A program made the translations under genes and the position numbers. Under the pieces are notes generated by a model. That model made no database searches. It saw nothing but the letters and a program-made list of their open reading frames with translations, and was not told the DNA's origin. Below, piece after piece: positions 1 to 10,350 of a stretch of DNA of 64,000 nt. This DNA is from Octopus vulgaris (taxonomy: Eukaryota): NCBI GenBank assembly GCA_951406725.2, contig OX597816.1, positions 126,356,001 through 126,420,000 on the forward strand, written 5' to 3'. Position 1 is the stretch's first letter. Each line of letters starts with the position of its first letter.

Positions 1-635
1 TCCAAAATATGCAAAAATTAGTGTATGTAAATATAACTGGTTTCTGTTTTTCAAGCAAGAGCTAATTATTTCTAAGGCAAGGGTGTTGCTGATTAAATTG
101 TTGACAAGATATTTGAATACATTTTGCAAGCTCTTTGTTGAGTGAAAAAAGTTGTTTTTTTTCCTAATTTCACAAGGTATTGTATAGAACAATACACATC
201 ACTGATTTGGCAATGCAGTGATTTTATTCCACCTAGCTTTCCTGTTTGGTTCAAAATATCCAACAGTTAACTTCAATATTATGTTGCATACATTTACCAT
301 TAATTTCATTGTGTTTGGACTAAATGTTGTGATACTTTCATTTAAAATTCAATTACAAATGTTAATACATGATAAATATAATTAGCTTAACGACTTGTTG
401 GGTGTTCCCATAGTACTTACATATCTTTCATCTATACCAATAAAATTGCCACAAACATGTTTGTTAATGATACATATAACCTTAATGTTTTGAGTAAAAT
501 AAGGAGTTTAGATATTTGTATATTTTGTACACATATTGGTGGAATATGCAAAGTTATTGCAGTAGAGGACAGTAATTATGTTGCATGATTTGTTTCTAAA
601 GATGGAGAAAAAATTTATAGTATATGTATACATTA

Positions 636-638
<3 letters not shown>

Positions 639-672
<34 letters not shown>

Positions 673-712
673 CACACACACACATGTTAATATATATACA
701 TTAATATACATA

Positions 713-748
<36 letters not shown>

Positions 749-900
749 TATATGCATATATATATATGCATATGTGTGTATATATGCATATGCATACACA
801 CACACAAATGTACGTTTCTGTACATGTTTCAAAATTCAAACATTTTTTCAAATCAGTTCTCTTAGTTGAGATTCCTGCGGCCAAATAACTATGTAAAAAG

Positions 901-946
<46 letters not shown>
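639..946. repeat. Compound (CA)n/(TA)n microsatellite cluster
   Basis: Dinucleotide runs seen directly; they explain the spurious HTHT/YIYI ORFs. Confidence 0.95.
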
Positions 947-948
<2 letters not shown>

Positions 949-988
949 TATGTGTATTTTTCCCTTGTTAATAATTATCACTGAAAAG

Positions 989-1260
989 ATAGATAGTTAC
1001 CAGGGTAGCAAAAACTCACACAAGTAAAAAGGTTGTAGCTCCTTGTTTTTAAATGTAGAAACTCTGACTTTACTTGAAATATTTTGTATAATATATATAA
1101 ATAAATAAATGGAGTTAAACGCTGATGTTTTACTTCCGACACATGTTTCAAAGATATCACTGGTATTATGCCTAAGGAATAAAATGGTGTAAAACAATGT
1201 AATCTTCTCTTCAGGGAAATGAAGAAATGAAACTCGTCAATAAGACATTTTAACAGAATA
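989..1260 (-). mobile_element. Solo PLE terminal repeat (pLTR) fragment carrying a hammerhead motif
   Basis: Lies between (TA)n tracts and contains a full hammerhead motif followed by an AT-rich tail, like the other PLE ends in this window. Boundaries approximate. Confidence 0.6.
1132..1220 (-). ncRNA. Type I hammerhead ribozyme, canonical core, long loop II
   Basis: Minus strand reads ATTTCC-CTGAAGA-GAAGAT...ATCTTT-GAAA-CATGT-GTC-GGAAGT: stem I 6 bp, stem II 6 bp, palindromic ACATGT stem III, GUC cleavage triplet. Confidence 0.8.
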
Positions 1261-1300
1261 TGATGAGTATGTATAGTGATATATATATATATATATATAT

Positions 1301-1491
1301 ATAAAAGTAAATAAATGGCACAACAAAGTACCGATATTTACTGGAAAATAGCGAACGTAATAAATATTTATTACGTTCGCTATTTTCCAGTAAATATCGG
1401 TACTTCGTTGTGCCATTTATTTACTTTTATGTATAATTTTACCCTCACGGGCTATCCTTTACTGGAAAGCAATACTCTCGTATTGCATTAC
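1301..1491. repeat. 130-bp near-perfect palindrome (1301-1430) plus ~60-bp one-sided tail, flanked by (TA)n
   Basis: 65-bp arms with one mismatch (1325/1406), centre at 1365/1366 with no spacer. Confidence 0.9.
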
Positions 1492-2611
1492 TATATATAT
1501 ATATATGTATATATATATGCCCCAGCATGACCACATCCTTGAAGCTGAAATGTAAAAGAAAAAAGAGAATGTCACAGTGTCAGAAACTAAAAAATTACTA
1601 GGCAATAGAATACTTGTTTGTATTAGATAATCAACTCATATTTCAGTACTTTAATTTTGTGTCAAAATTTTACCCACACTAATATATTCTTTCACCTATT
1701 GAAAAGTATTTGGTATGGCTTATGAAAGAATAAGCTATATCTATCAGGTGAACTATATCTGGTAACTAGATCTATGATATGAAAAGTAAATAATACATCT
1801 CTCTTATAAATCCTTGTAACTAATCCATCTCACCAGTGAGAATGATATTAACACCTTTTTTTTTTCAAGATAAAAGAATAGGATATTTTATCTAAAAATA
1901 CTGGATTTTGGATGATTTAATCCTTTCTACATAAAAGCATTCATCTGCACTTTGTTTTGACTGAGTGCAAATTATTACTAATATGAAACAATATTCATAA
2001 CATTTTACTTCAGAGCTGCATTGAAAAGAAGGATGTTTGAAAATATGTGCTTATTCTTTCTTCACTCAGAATTCATTGAAGTGAATAGGATCATGATTTA
2101 TTCTTATTTATTAAACCATTCTTAGAAATTTTTCATCTTGAAGAAAATATCTCTCAGCAAGAGATTATTGGCTTTGTTGTAGTTGTTGCTTAACCTTAGC
2201 TCAGACATTCTAGTTATGTCTATCTTTTCTTTTTGGATAGTTTGTCTCAGTCTACATTATCCAATATTTATAATTTTCTTTTGTTTTAAAGGTAAGATTG
2301 TACAGGGCATGATTCTATGCAGATTTGCCTGTTATTTATGTAGCAACTTAATTTTGTTTTCTTCATAACTGTTCATTGTAATCTTACATTTCCCCAAAAA
2401 ATAATAGAAATATAGCTTTAAGTAGCAAGGAAATGTAAAATTGTTTCATATATTATGTAAAGTCCCTTTATTTTGAGTTCCTGAAATTTACTGAAAAAAT
2501 ATTAAATTCCTAAGGAATATGCTTTGTGTATACCAGTTGTTCTCTCAGGATTGCTAGGAACAAAACCATTCATACCTTAGGAGCTAGCCATCATCGACCA
2601 TTGTTTGTAAT

Positions 2612-2695
<84 letters not shown>

Positions 2696-2744
2696 AAACA
2701 AGTCAAAAATAGAAAATGCTAAGATAATTTTATAGTGAATCTTT

Positions 2745-2782
2745 CAGTACTGGTTTCGGTCATTTTGAGACCTTTTCAACTG
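2745..2782 (-). ncRNA. Minimal hammerhead motif (U3-A8 variant) in the inverted terminal repeat
   Basis: Minus strand CAG-TTGAAAA-GGTC-TCAAAAT-GACC-GAAA-CCAGTA-CTG; the stem III palindrome is broken (ACCAGT versus ACCGGT in the right copy). Confidence 0.65.
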
Positions 2783-3189
2783 TAACGATTAAATAATTAA
2801 ATTTAGAAAAATTAGAAGAAAAGTTTTTTTAAAAGAATATTTCTGTAGTAGTGTTCAGATATAAGTAGCATTCTGCCTTTCTCTGACTCCCTTGTTTGCA
2901 CTTGTGTGTTCGAGGTCGTTTTGAGTTCTTGGTAGGATAGGTGAAGAATAATGAGGCTGATGTGGAGAGGGGGTGGGGAAATCTGGGAATGCCTTAATGG
3001 TCGTATTTTGAATGGTCAGTGGCTGACAGTAGTCGCAGTTCAATTCAGGAATTGTTTATGGAATTTGCGTAGGCGTTATACTGAAAGACATTAGTGACAA
3101 GGTTAAGGGGTGGAAGGTGAAGTAGAAGAAGAAGAAGATGACGATGTTGATGATGATGATGAAGAAGAAGAAGAACACCACACCCGAAT

Positions 3190-3351
3190 ATGGGATATCG
3201 GGATGCTCTCCTCAATACTGCTCCAAGAACATACACCATAAATCACAACAGGAGACCCCACATCAACAAAGAACAACTATATAATAGCTACCGTCCCAAC
3301 CACCGCATTCATTTTTTAGACCCAATACGCAAACACAGAGACACAAGATAG
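3190..3351 (+). CDS. Short upstream ORF (53 aa, MGYRDALLNTAPRTY...HRIHFLDPIRKHRDTR*), probably the C-terminus of a 5'-truncated PLE ORF1
   Basis: Manual translation; the frame is open from the inversion junction (~3175) to TAG 3349-3351 and overlaps the RT frame, which is open from 3288. Confidence 0.5.
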   Translation: MGYRDALLNTAPRTYTINHNRRPHINKEQLYNSYRPNHRIHFLDPIRKHRDTR

Positions 3352-3488
3352 CACCAAACAAGCAGGAGGAACCAAAAGTAATAAAAATTATCAATCTAAC
3401 TCACAAGGAACTAACAGCAAACCAAATTAACATACTTTCCAAAGGACTCAAGTTTACACCCACCCCACAACACCCCAACTACAACGAA

Positions 3489-5642
3489 ATGAAAGAAGAC
3501 ATCGCAGAATTCTACAGAAAATTAAGACTTACTGAGGAGCTATACGATAAATACAACGAGGACGAATCGTTAGCCAGAAATAGGAGTAACTACACCCCCT
3601 CGAAAGGTAAGAACAAAACACTTGATGATTTCTGTGACCACATATCTAATTACCCATATCAACATATGCACAAACAAAAACACAAACCAAACTTCAGCAA
3701 AAAAGAATGGGCTGAATTGAACAAATTAAAACAAGATAAAACAATAACAATCAAAGAGGCCGATAAAGGGAGTGCTGTTGTCTTAATGGATACAACATTT
3801 TACATAACTTTGGTACTTTCTATGCTGGAAGACACAACATACTATGAAAAGGCACAAAACTACAGTCAACAAAAAATAATGAGGGAACTAAAATCCATAT
3901 TAAACCCATACAAAGCAGGACTCACCGACAAAGAATATGATTATATGACCAATTTCACAAGTAAAACTAGCCAATTCTACGGTATACCTAAGATCCACAA
4001 AAGTGAAAAAATAAGCAACGCATGCAAGATAGCTACAGACAAAATAATTAAAGTCCCTAATCCTAATGACCTCAAATTGAGACCCATAATAGCAGGTCCC
4101 GCATGCGAAACCCACCGCCTCAGTAACTTTTTAGACACCCTGTTAAAACCACTCCTCAAACATGTCAAAAGCTATATAAGGGACGACTTAGATATGCTCA
4201 ATCACCTACCGAATACTATAAACAAAAACACCATACTGGTATCCTTCGATGTAGTCAACCTCTACTCCAATATCCCCCACAACCTAGGACTAGAGGCAAT
4301 CCAATTCTGGCTAGAGAATCACGCCAACGAACTACCACACCGCATCAAAAAAGAATTTGTGATAGAAGGGGTTAAATTCATCCTGGAAAATAACTTCTTC
4401 GCCTTCAATGACAACTTCTACCGACAAAAATCGGGGACTGCGATGGGTACACGAATGGCCCCCTCCTTTGCCAACCTAGTCATAGGATACCTAGAGATCA
4501 GTCTGTATCGTAAGGTTCTAGAAAGATATGGCAGCCCTTTCTCCATCTACATAGAAAACAACTGGAAGAGATATCTAGATGACTGTTTCATCCTTTGGCA
4601 TAAAAATATAGAAAAACTCATAGAATTCCAGAAAATTTTAAACGGACTGGACGTAAACATCCAATTCACGATGGAATATAGCCAACAACAACTCCCCTTC
4701 CTCGATATCCTCATTAAGAAAGCTAATAATATAATAGAAACAGACATATACTATAAGCCTACAGACTCTAAGCAATATCTTCCATTCAATTCATGCCACC
4801 CCAGACACACCAGGATGAATATCCCCTTCAATCTAGTAAAAAGGATATGCACTATAGTCTCTAACGCAAACACCAGAGACACACGACTACAAGAACTAAA
4901 AGATACCCTTATCACCAGGAACTATCCACCTTCACTTATTGACAAGTGCATTCAACGTGCCCTTCAACTTAACATCAAGGAACTGAGACATCCTAAATCA
5001 AAGAAAAACTTACAACCAAAAGCCTTACCATACATCTCCACACACAACCCTCTCAATAACGAAGCCTTCGACACCATCCTCCACAACATACCCCTCCTAA
5101 AAAAAGACCACAGAATGAACACAATCCTCCAAACACACACGATCATAAAAAGCAAAAGACAGCCTAGATCCATGAAAAGTCTCCTTACACAAGCCCGAAT
5201 TCACTCTTCAACACAGAAGCCGACAGTAAAAAAATGTGGAAGACCCAATTGCGGGATATGCGACTATCTAATTGAGGGATCAGAGTTCTCCTTCAAACAG
5301 GGACAACGGTTTACAGTGAAAAGCAACTTCACATGTGCTTCGGAGAACCTAATATACTCACTAACCTGCTCCGGGTGTCAAGAGCAGTACATAGGCCAAA
5401 CAAAAAATGGTTTGCGTAAACGAATGGCCCTGTACAGATCCCAGATAAAAATTCCCCAAAACAGAAAAATAGCTTTTAGCCAACACATAGATACTTGCGC
5501 CAACAAAAAAACACCAAACTTCAGAATTTTCCCCCTCTACCAATTTAGGGACGATACAACCTCGAGACAACGAATAAGTAAAGAAAATCTCTTTATTACA
5601 AAATACAAGCCACTTCTTAACGGGTCTACGACAAACAATTAA
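3489..5642 (+). CDS. PLE reverse transcriptase + GIY-YIG endonuclease
   Basis: Motifs ADKG, FYGIPKIHK, LRPII, SFDVVNLYSNI, GTAMG..MAPSFANL, RYLDD, FLD, YYKPT; CX4CX2C linker (CGRPNCGIC); LIY..TC..C..YIGQT. The frame extends upstream without ATG to 3288 and encodes IINLTHKEL...ILSKGLKFTPTP. Confidence 0.97.
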   Translation: MKEDIAEFYRKLRLTEELYDKYNEDESLARNRSNYTPSKGKNKTLDDFCDHISNYPYQHMHKQKHKPNFSKKEWAELNKLKQDKTITIKEADKGSAVVLMDTTFYITLVLSMLEDTTYYEKAQNYSQQKIMRELKSILNPYKAGLTDKEYDYMTNFTSKTSQFYGIPKIHKSEKISNACKIATDKIIKVPNPNDLKLRPIIAGPACETHRLSNFLDTLLKPLLKHVKSYIRDDLDMLNHLPNTINKNTILVSFDVVNLYSNIPHNLGLEAIQFWLENHANELPHRIKKEFVIEGVKFILENNFFAFNDNFYRQKSGTAMGTRMAPSFANLVIGYLEISLYRKVLERYGSPFSIYIENNWKRYLDDCFILWHKNIEKLIEFQKILNGLDVNIQFTMEYSQQQLPFLDILIKKANNIIETDIYYKPTDSKQYLPFNSCHPRHTRMNIPFNLVKRICTIVSNANTRDTRLQELKDTLITRNYPPSLIDKCIQRALQLNIKELRHPKSKKNLQPKALPYISTHNPLNNEAFDTILHNIPLLKKDHRMNTILQTHTIIKSKRQPRSMKSLLTQARIHSSTQKPTVKKCGRPNCGICDYLIEGSEFSFKQGQRFTVKSNFTCASENLIYSLTCSGCQEQYIGQTKNGLRKRMALYRSQIKIPQNRKIAFSQHIDTCANKKTPNFRIFPLYQFRDDTTSRQRISKENLFITKYKPLLNGSTTNN

Positions 5643-5759
5643 TATACCTCAACTTTAGAATAAAAGAAATATATACACACACAAATATTACACTCCATAG
5701 AATCCATTACTAATCAGCCCCATCACTTACACCCATTCATATTCTCCCTTCTCTGTTTT

Positions 5760-5935
5760 TTTCTTCTTCTTCTTCTTCCTCTTCTTCTTCATCATCATCA
5801 TTATCATCATCATCGTCGTCATCATCATCACCACCATCTTCTCCTTCTCCTTCTTCTTCTTCTTCTTCTTCTTCTTCTTCTTCTTCTTCATCATCATCAA
5901 CATCGTCATCTTCTTCTTCTTCTACTTCTCCACCT
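5760..5935. repeat. (TTC)n/(ATC)n trinucleotide tract in the PLE 3' UTR
   Basis: Seen directly; the inversion junction of the left repeat falls within this tract. Confidence 0.9.
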
Positions 5936-6266
5936 TCCACCCCTTAACCTTGTCACTAATGTCTTTCAGTATAACGCCTACGCAAATTCCATAAACAATT
6001 CCTGAATTGAACTGGACTACTGTCAGCCACTGACCATTCAAAATACGACCATTAAGGCATTCCCAGATTTCCCCACCCCCTCTCCACATTAGCCTCATTA
6101 TTCTTCACCTATCCTACCAAGAACTCAAAACGACCTCGAACACACAACTGCAAACAAGGGAGTCAGAGAAAGGCAGAATGCTACTTATATCTGAACACTA
6201 CTACAGAAATATTCTTTTGAAAAAACTTTTCTTCTAATTTTTCTAAATTTAATTATTTAATCGTTA

Positions 6267-6304
6267 CAGTTGAAAAGGTCTCAAAATGACCGAAACCGGT
6301 ACTG
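6267..6304 (+). ncRNA. Minimal type I hammerhead ribozyme (U3-A8 core variant)
   Basis: CAG-TTGAAAA-GGTC-TCAAAAT-GACC-GAAA-CCGGTA-CTG: stem I CAG/CTG, stem II GGTC/GACC, palindromic ACCGGT stem III, GUA triplet (predicted cut after 6301). Confidence 0.75.
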
Positions 6305-6391
6305 AAAGATTCACTATAAAATTATCTTAGCATTTTCTATTTTCGACTTGTTTTTTCATATATATCAACTCGTGTGTTCCTTTCCACCCTT

Positions 6392-6434
<43 letters not shown>

Positions 6435-6436
<2 letters not shown>

Positions 6437-6859
6437 GTAATGTCTTGATATACGAGTTAATTTGTTCCCAGAGACTGCTTGTAAAATTAAAACTCATAAA
6501 TAAATGGCAATAAAACAACAGTAGAATATAAAGAATATTTTATGTAAAGTAAAAAGATTCTCAATATCAGCTATAATACAAAATGTTATTATTATAATCG
6601 TTTGCTGAATCATTTTCACTTGCACTGGATGCATGCAAACCATCTCACTTAGAGACTTGTAGATTTCTTTTTAAAAAACAAGTCTAGAATTGTTTGCTTA
6701 GAAGAAGCATTTTGCTCTTGATTTCTATAAATTTCTCGGTACCACATAAGCATTTGTTGAAACTTTTGCACTTCATTCAAAATTTGGATCTTGTGCTTGG
6801 AAAATAAGACTCATAAACCCAGGGTCTCATAAACCAGGTCCTCATATAGTGAAGTATTA

Positions 6860-6862
<3 letters not shown>
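6435..6862. mobile_element. Non-autonomous Tc1/pogo(Tigger)-like DNA transposon (MITE)
   Basis: Imperfect TIRs CAGTAATGTCTTGATATACGAG / CTCATATAGTGAAGTATTACTG with TA flanks. Confidence 0.65.
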
Positions 6863-6899
<37 letters not shown>

Positions 6900-7129
6900 C
6901 AAAAATGTTAAGTCACTTGAGATTTCTTCAATGTTAAGAAGACATCAAATGGAAGAGAATTTCTTTCTTGAAATATTAAATTGCTTTGTAGAAATTAACA
7001 TGTAAAGAAGAAATTAAATAATTTTTTATGCTACAAAGTATATGGAAAGAGGGAGAATGCCTGTAATATTCATAGACTTTTCTCACTTTTTGAGGTTAGT
7101 GCAATTAATGTTTAACTTGAATTTCTGTA

Positions 7130-8900
7130 AGTTTATAACTGCATGGAAAGTGTGAACAGTGTAAGATTTAACAGTGTAAGATTTTCTGAGGAATATGAAT
7201 TTAAATAAAATAGTTATGGGTGCTAGGAAGAGAAGTTGTAGGTATGGCATGAGAAAGAGAAGCAGTTTTGTTTCTTAGTCTAGAGGAGCAGAATCCATTG
7301 TAGGAACATTATATGCAACATAAAGCAAAGCCTATCGATTAGTAGGATAATCATTGTAGTGAGTAAAGAGTTATTAATTAATAGAAGAGACTTTTTCCAC
7401 AATATCATGAAAAATAGTTTTGTCTAGAAGCTGTTCACCTCATACACAGGTGCAATATTCCAGTATAGGTCATATTTCTACTTTGTGTTTGCAACTGTTC
7501 AAGCATGAAATAGTTTCTCAATTAGAAAGATTAATCATAACGTTTGAATATGCTGAGATATGGAGCCACTCTGGCATGTTAGTAGAAACATCAAGGCCTT
7601 TTCTAAAGTTTATAAAAATTTTAATTATATTTTGCTCACAATTAAGGAAGGTATCATGGTAGATGTATTTATTCCATATGTATAATGAGTGCATCCTGAG
7701 ACCATTGAATGAGAGTAAATCACCATAGTGTCAGGTAATGTCTACAAAGTCTCAGTTCGTAGATATACATGCAGTATATTTTTTTTATATTAGTGTTGAG
7801 ATATGGGGAAAACACCTGTGTGTAAAACGTTATTGAGTAATGGCAATATGTATAGAACTGACATTGTAATGACAATATGTATAGAACTCACATTGAGATT
7901 ATTAATGTAAAGGATACATAATCAAACATTGAGATACATCTCAGTTGTTAAAATATCAAACGGAGAGATGCTCATCAGTAGATACTGCTAGATAGTGGTT
8001 CAGCAAGAAATTTCCCTCCAAGAGATTACAATTGGATGGAGCCTATGTATGGGAAACTATGAAAGACTGTTCTAAATCTAGATGTGTTTAAGCATTTTGC
8101 TGATTCAAAAATAACAATATTGCTTTCTAAATCTTCAAATGTGAGACACTACTTGTGCATTGTGCATGGAAGCACTAGTATGATTTCTGTATAACTACAG
8201 AACTGAAAGTGAAGAGAGAATGAAGATGATAAATGTGGTTGTCCTTTACTATCATTTTCAAAAGCTGTTGAAATTTTGGAAGTTGGGATGATATAGCAGA
8301 TGTTGATAGAATGACAAACACTACTATTTTAGAATGAGTAATTCAATCAAGTGCTGGGTTCCATAACTATAAAGAAAGAATGAGAGAGATAGGAAGTGTG
8401 AGAGAGAGACTTCAAAGTTTACTGAGAGTAACAGCTGCTTTGTGTTGGAATAATCAGATAGGTTTCCAGACTTAGTGCATTGTACATAGTGTATTGCGGA
8501 CAATAAAGATCAACACAAAAATGTTTCAAAGGTGTTCTGTTCAGCTGCAAGTAAATTTGATGGTAACGAAAGAATACTTATAGAAGCATTTTCAGTGATG
8601 AGTGGAAAGTAAAACAAGTCCAACAAATCCAGCAAATCCAGTTGAAATTATGGAGATGTGTGTGCTTGAAAGCTATAAAATATATGAAAAAAATATTTTT
8701 ACTAGCACTGTGGTGATGTGCAAGCTCCTCCCAGTTTTATGATGGAGGTTTCACACCAGCTGATTAAAGTGGTAGCAGCTGCAGTAGTGAGTGACGATTT
8801 TGGTGGATTTGAAGTTTTCGGCATTAGTAGTGGAAGAGTATCTCAGAGGAGAAATTTAGTTATTTTTTTAACTGTTTTGGATACATTTGGTTTTGGTTAT
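7130..8900 (-). mobile_element. Heavily decayed CR1/Jockey-like LINE RT remnant
   Basis: Minus strand near 7450-7475 reads I*PILEYCTCV*, matching the RPILEY..VW motif; many stops; boundaries approximate. Confidence 0.45.
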
Positions 8901-10319
8901 CTGATCATCAGTTTTATAAGCTGAATTTTTTGGTTACTTCTTACTTGTCTCAGCTAGATGATGGTTTGATTTACTTAGTTGTCTCCAACAGTGGAGCGTT
9001 TGAGTTACTTAACAATTTAATAGATCCAGTGTATTTAAATTGAATGTAATGTAATGATCAAGATTTCAGTTTGTTTCAGCTTCATATATAATCAAGTGAA
9101 AAACTGTCTGGAACTAAACAAACAAGATAAGCAAAAACTATACAAACAAGATAAACAAGAAATAAATAAAAGCAATCAAAAGTACACTGATTATAGTTTT
9201 TAGCTTTACACAATGAAAAAAAAAGACAAAAACAAAGAGTTTGTGTTTTGCTTAACTGCTTAGTTTTTTTTTTTTTTTTCAACAGCATTTTTCTTAAGAC
9301 GTTGAATGAAATATATAAACCACAAATTAGATAATTTACAAAAGCACAATCTGCCCAGCCTGTCTGTCATTGCTTCCTTAGTATGATGAAACAAAGCAAG
9401 GAGTAACTAGAATTCAAAATTAAACATTATCTTTTGTTGGCATGTCAAAATTACATTATAGCTGAAATTTGTACTAAACTTCCAATGTACACACAAAACT
9501 TTATTCTGTTAGTTCAACTGTTTTTTTGTCTTCAATTTGTTTTCATAATTTAAAAACTGTAAGGTTAAGATGCTGCGCTACTAACTACATGAATACAAAA
9601 TCAAATCTTGCTTCAGTTATTGTGCTGTATTCTTGGGTAAAGTTTTACATGCCAGTGTACTTGGCAATACCTGACTTTACTCTTAATCTGTGATTAGAGC
9701 ATTAATGGTTTGGAAATACAGATTTTTGCAACTGCATGTAAATACAGGTATTTGTATATGATTTCCATACATTCTTGGAAAAAAAGCATCATTATAAAAG
9801 AGTATAAAAATATAAAAAGTAAAATGAAAAGCGTTTTCAGCTAGAACTACTCTCTTTGAAAAGGGGCATGTTTTGAAGCAAACTCTACTACACAAATTCA
9901 CAAGTATAATCATGATATGCATGGTATATCATTGCAAATAATACTAATGTCTCCTTCTCCTAAGATAAAACAATATTCCTTGGAGGGCTTTATTAAACTA
10001 CACTTCTTATAAAATTAAAATATTTTGGTTCGTAAAATGATTTACATAAAAAAAATGCATTTGTATATACTGCTTTAAGGAAAATTTGTTTTTATTATAT
10101 ACCTAATTGAATAGATGAAAAACAATATAGATTACATTTTTCTTTTCTAACTATTTGTATTGTTTTCATTTACAAGTTTCCTAATTCCTTCAGTCTTTAT
10201 ATCCGAAGTATTTTTTCTAGCTTTTATGCTGAAAAAGAAAACTATACAAATTCAGTTATGTTGTTTCTCCAGCTTTGAAATCAAAAGAAGTTAGGATGAT
10301 TTTAAAAATATAAATTAAT

Positions 10320-10350
<31 letters not shown>

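Larger units (their letters stand above)
2690..6393 (+). mobile_element. Penelope-like retroelement with inverted terminal repeats, inserted in (TA)n
   Basis: RT+GIY-YIG ORF; 2690-3175 is the reverse complement of ~5875-6359 with few differences; the right end has ~30 extra nt; (TA)n on both flanks; hammerhead motif in each repeat. Confidence 0.95.

Noticed and set aside
817-860. Minus-strand TTGAAAA...GAAACATGTA resembling the U3-A8 hammerhead
   Set aside because: Stems I and II are out of register or weak; could be a decayed copy but is not supportable.
508-905. YIYI/HTHT/CVCV ORFs here and at 21010-21585, 29364-29710, 43269-43534, 53500-53873, 57896-58121
   Set aside because: Translations of stop-free dinucleotide or tetranucleotide microsatellites.
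5727-5940. Poly-E/D and poly-K ORFs on the minus strand
   Set aside because: Translation of the trinucleotide tract in the PLE 3' UTR.
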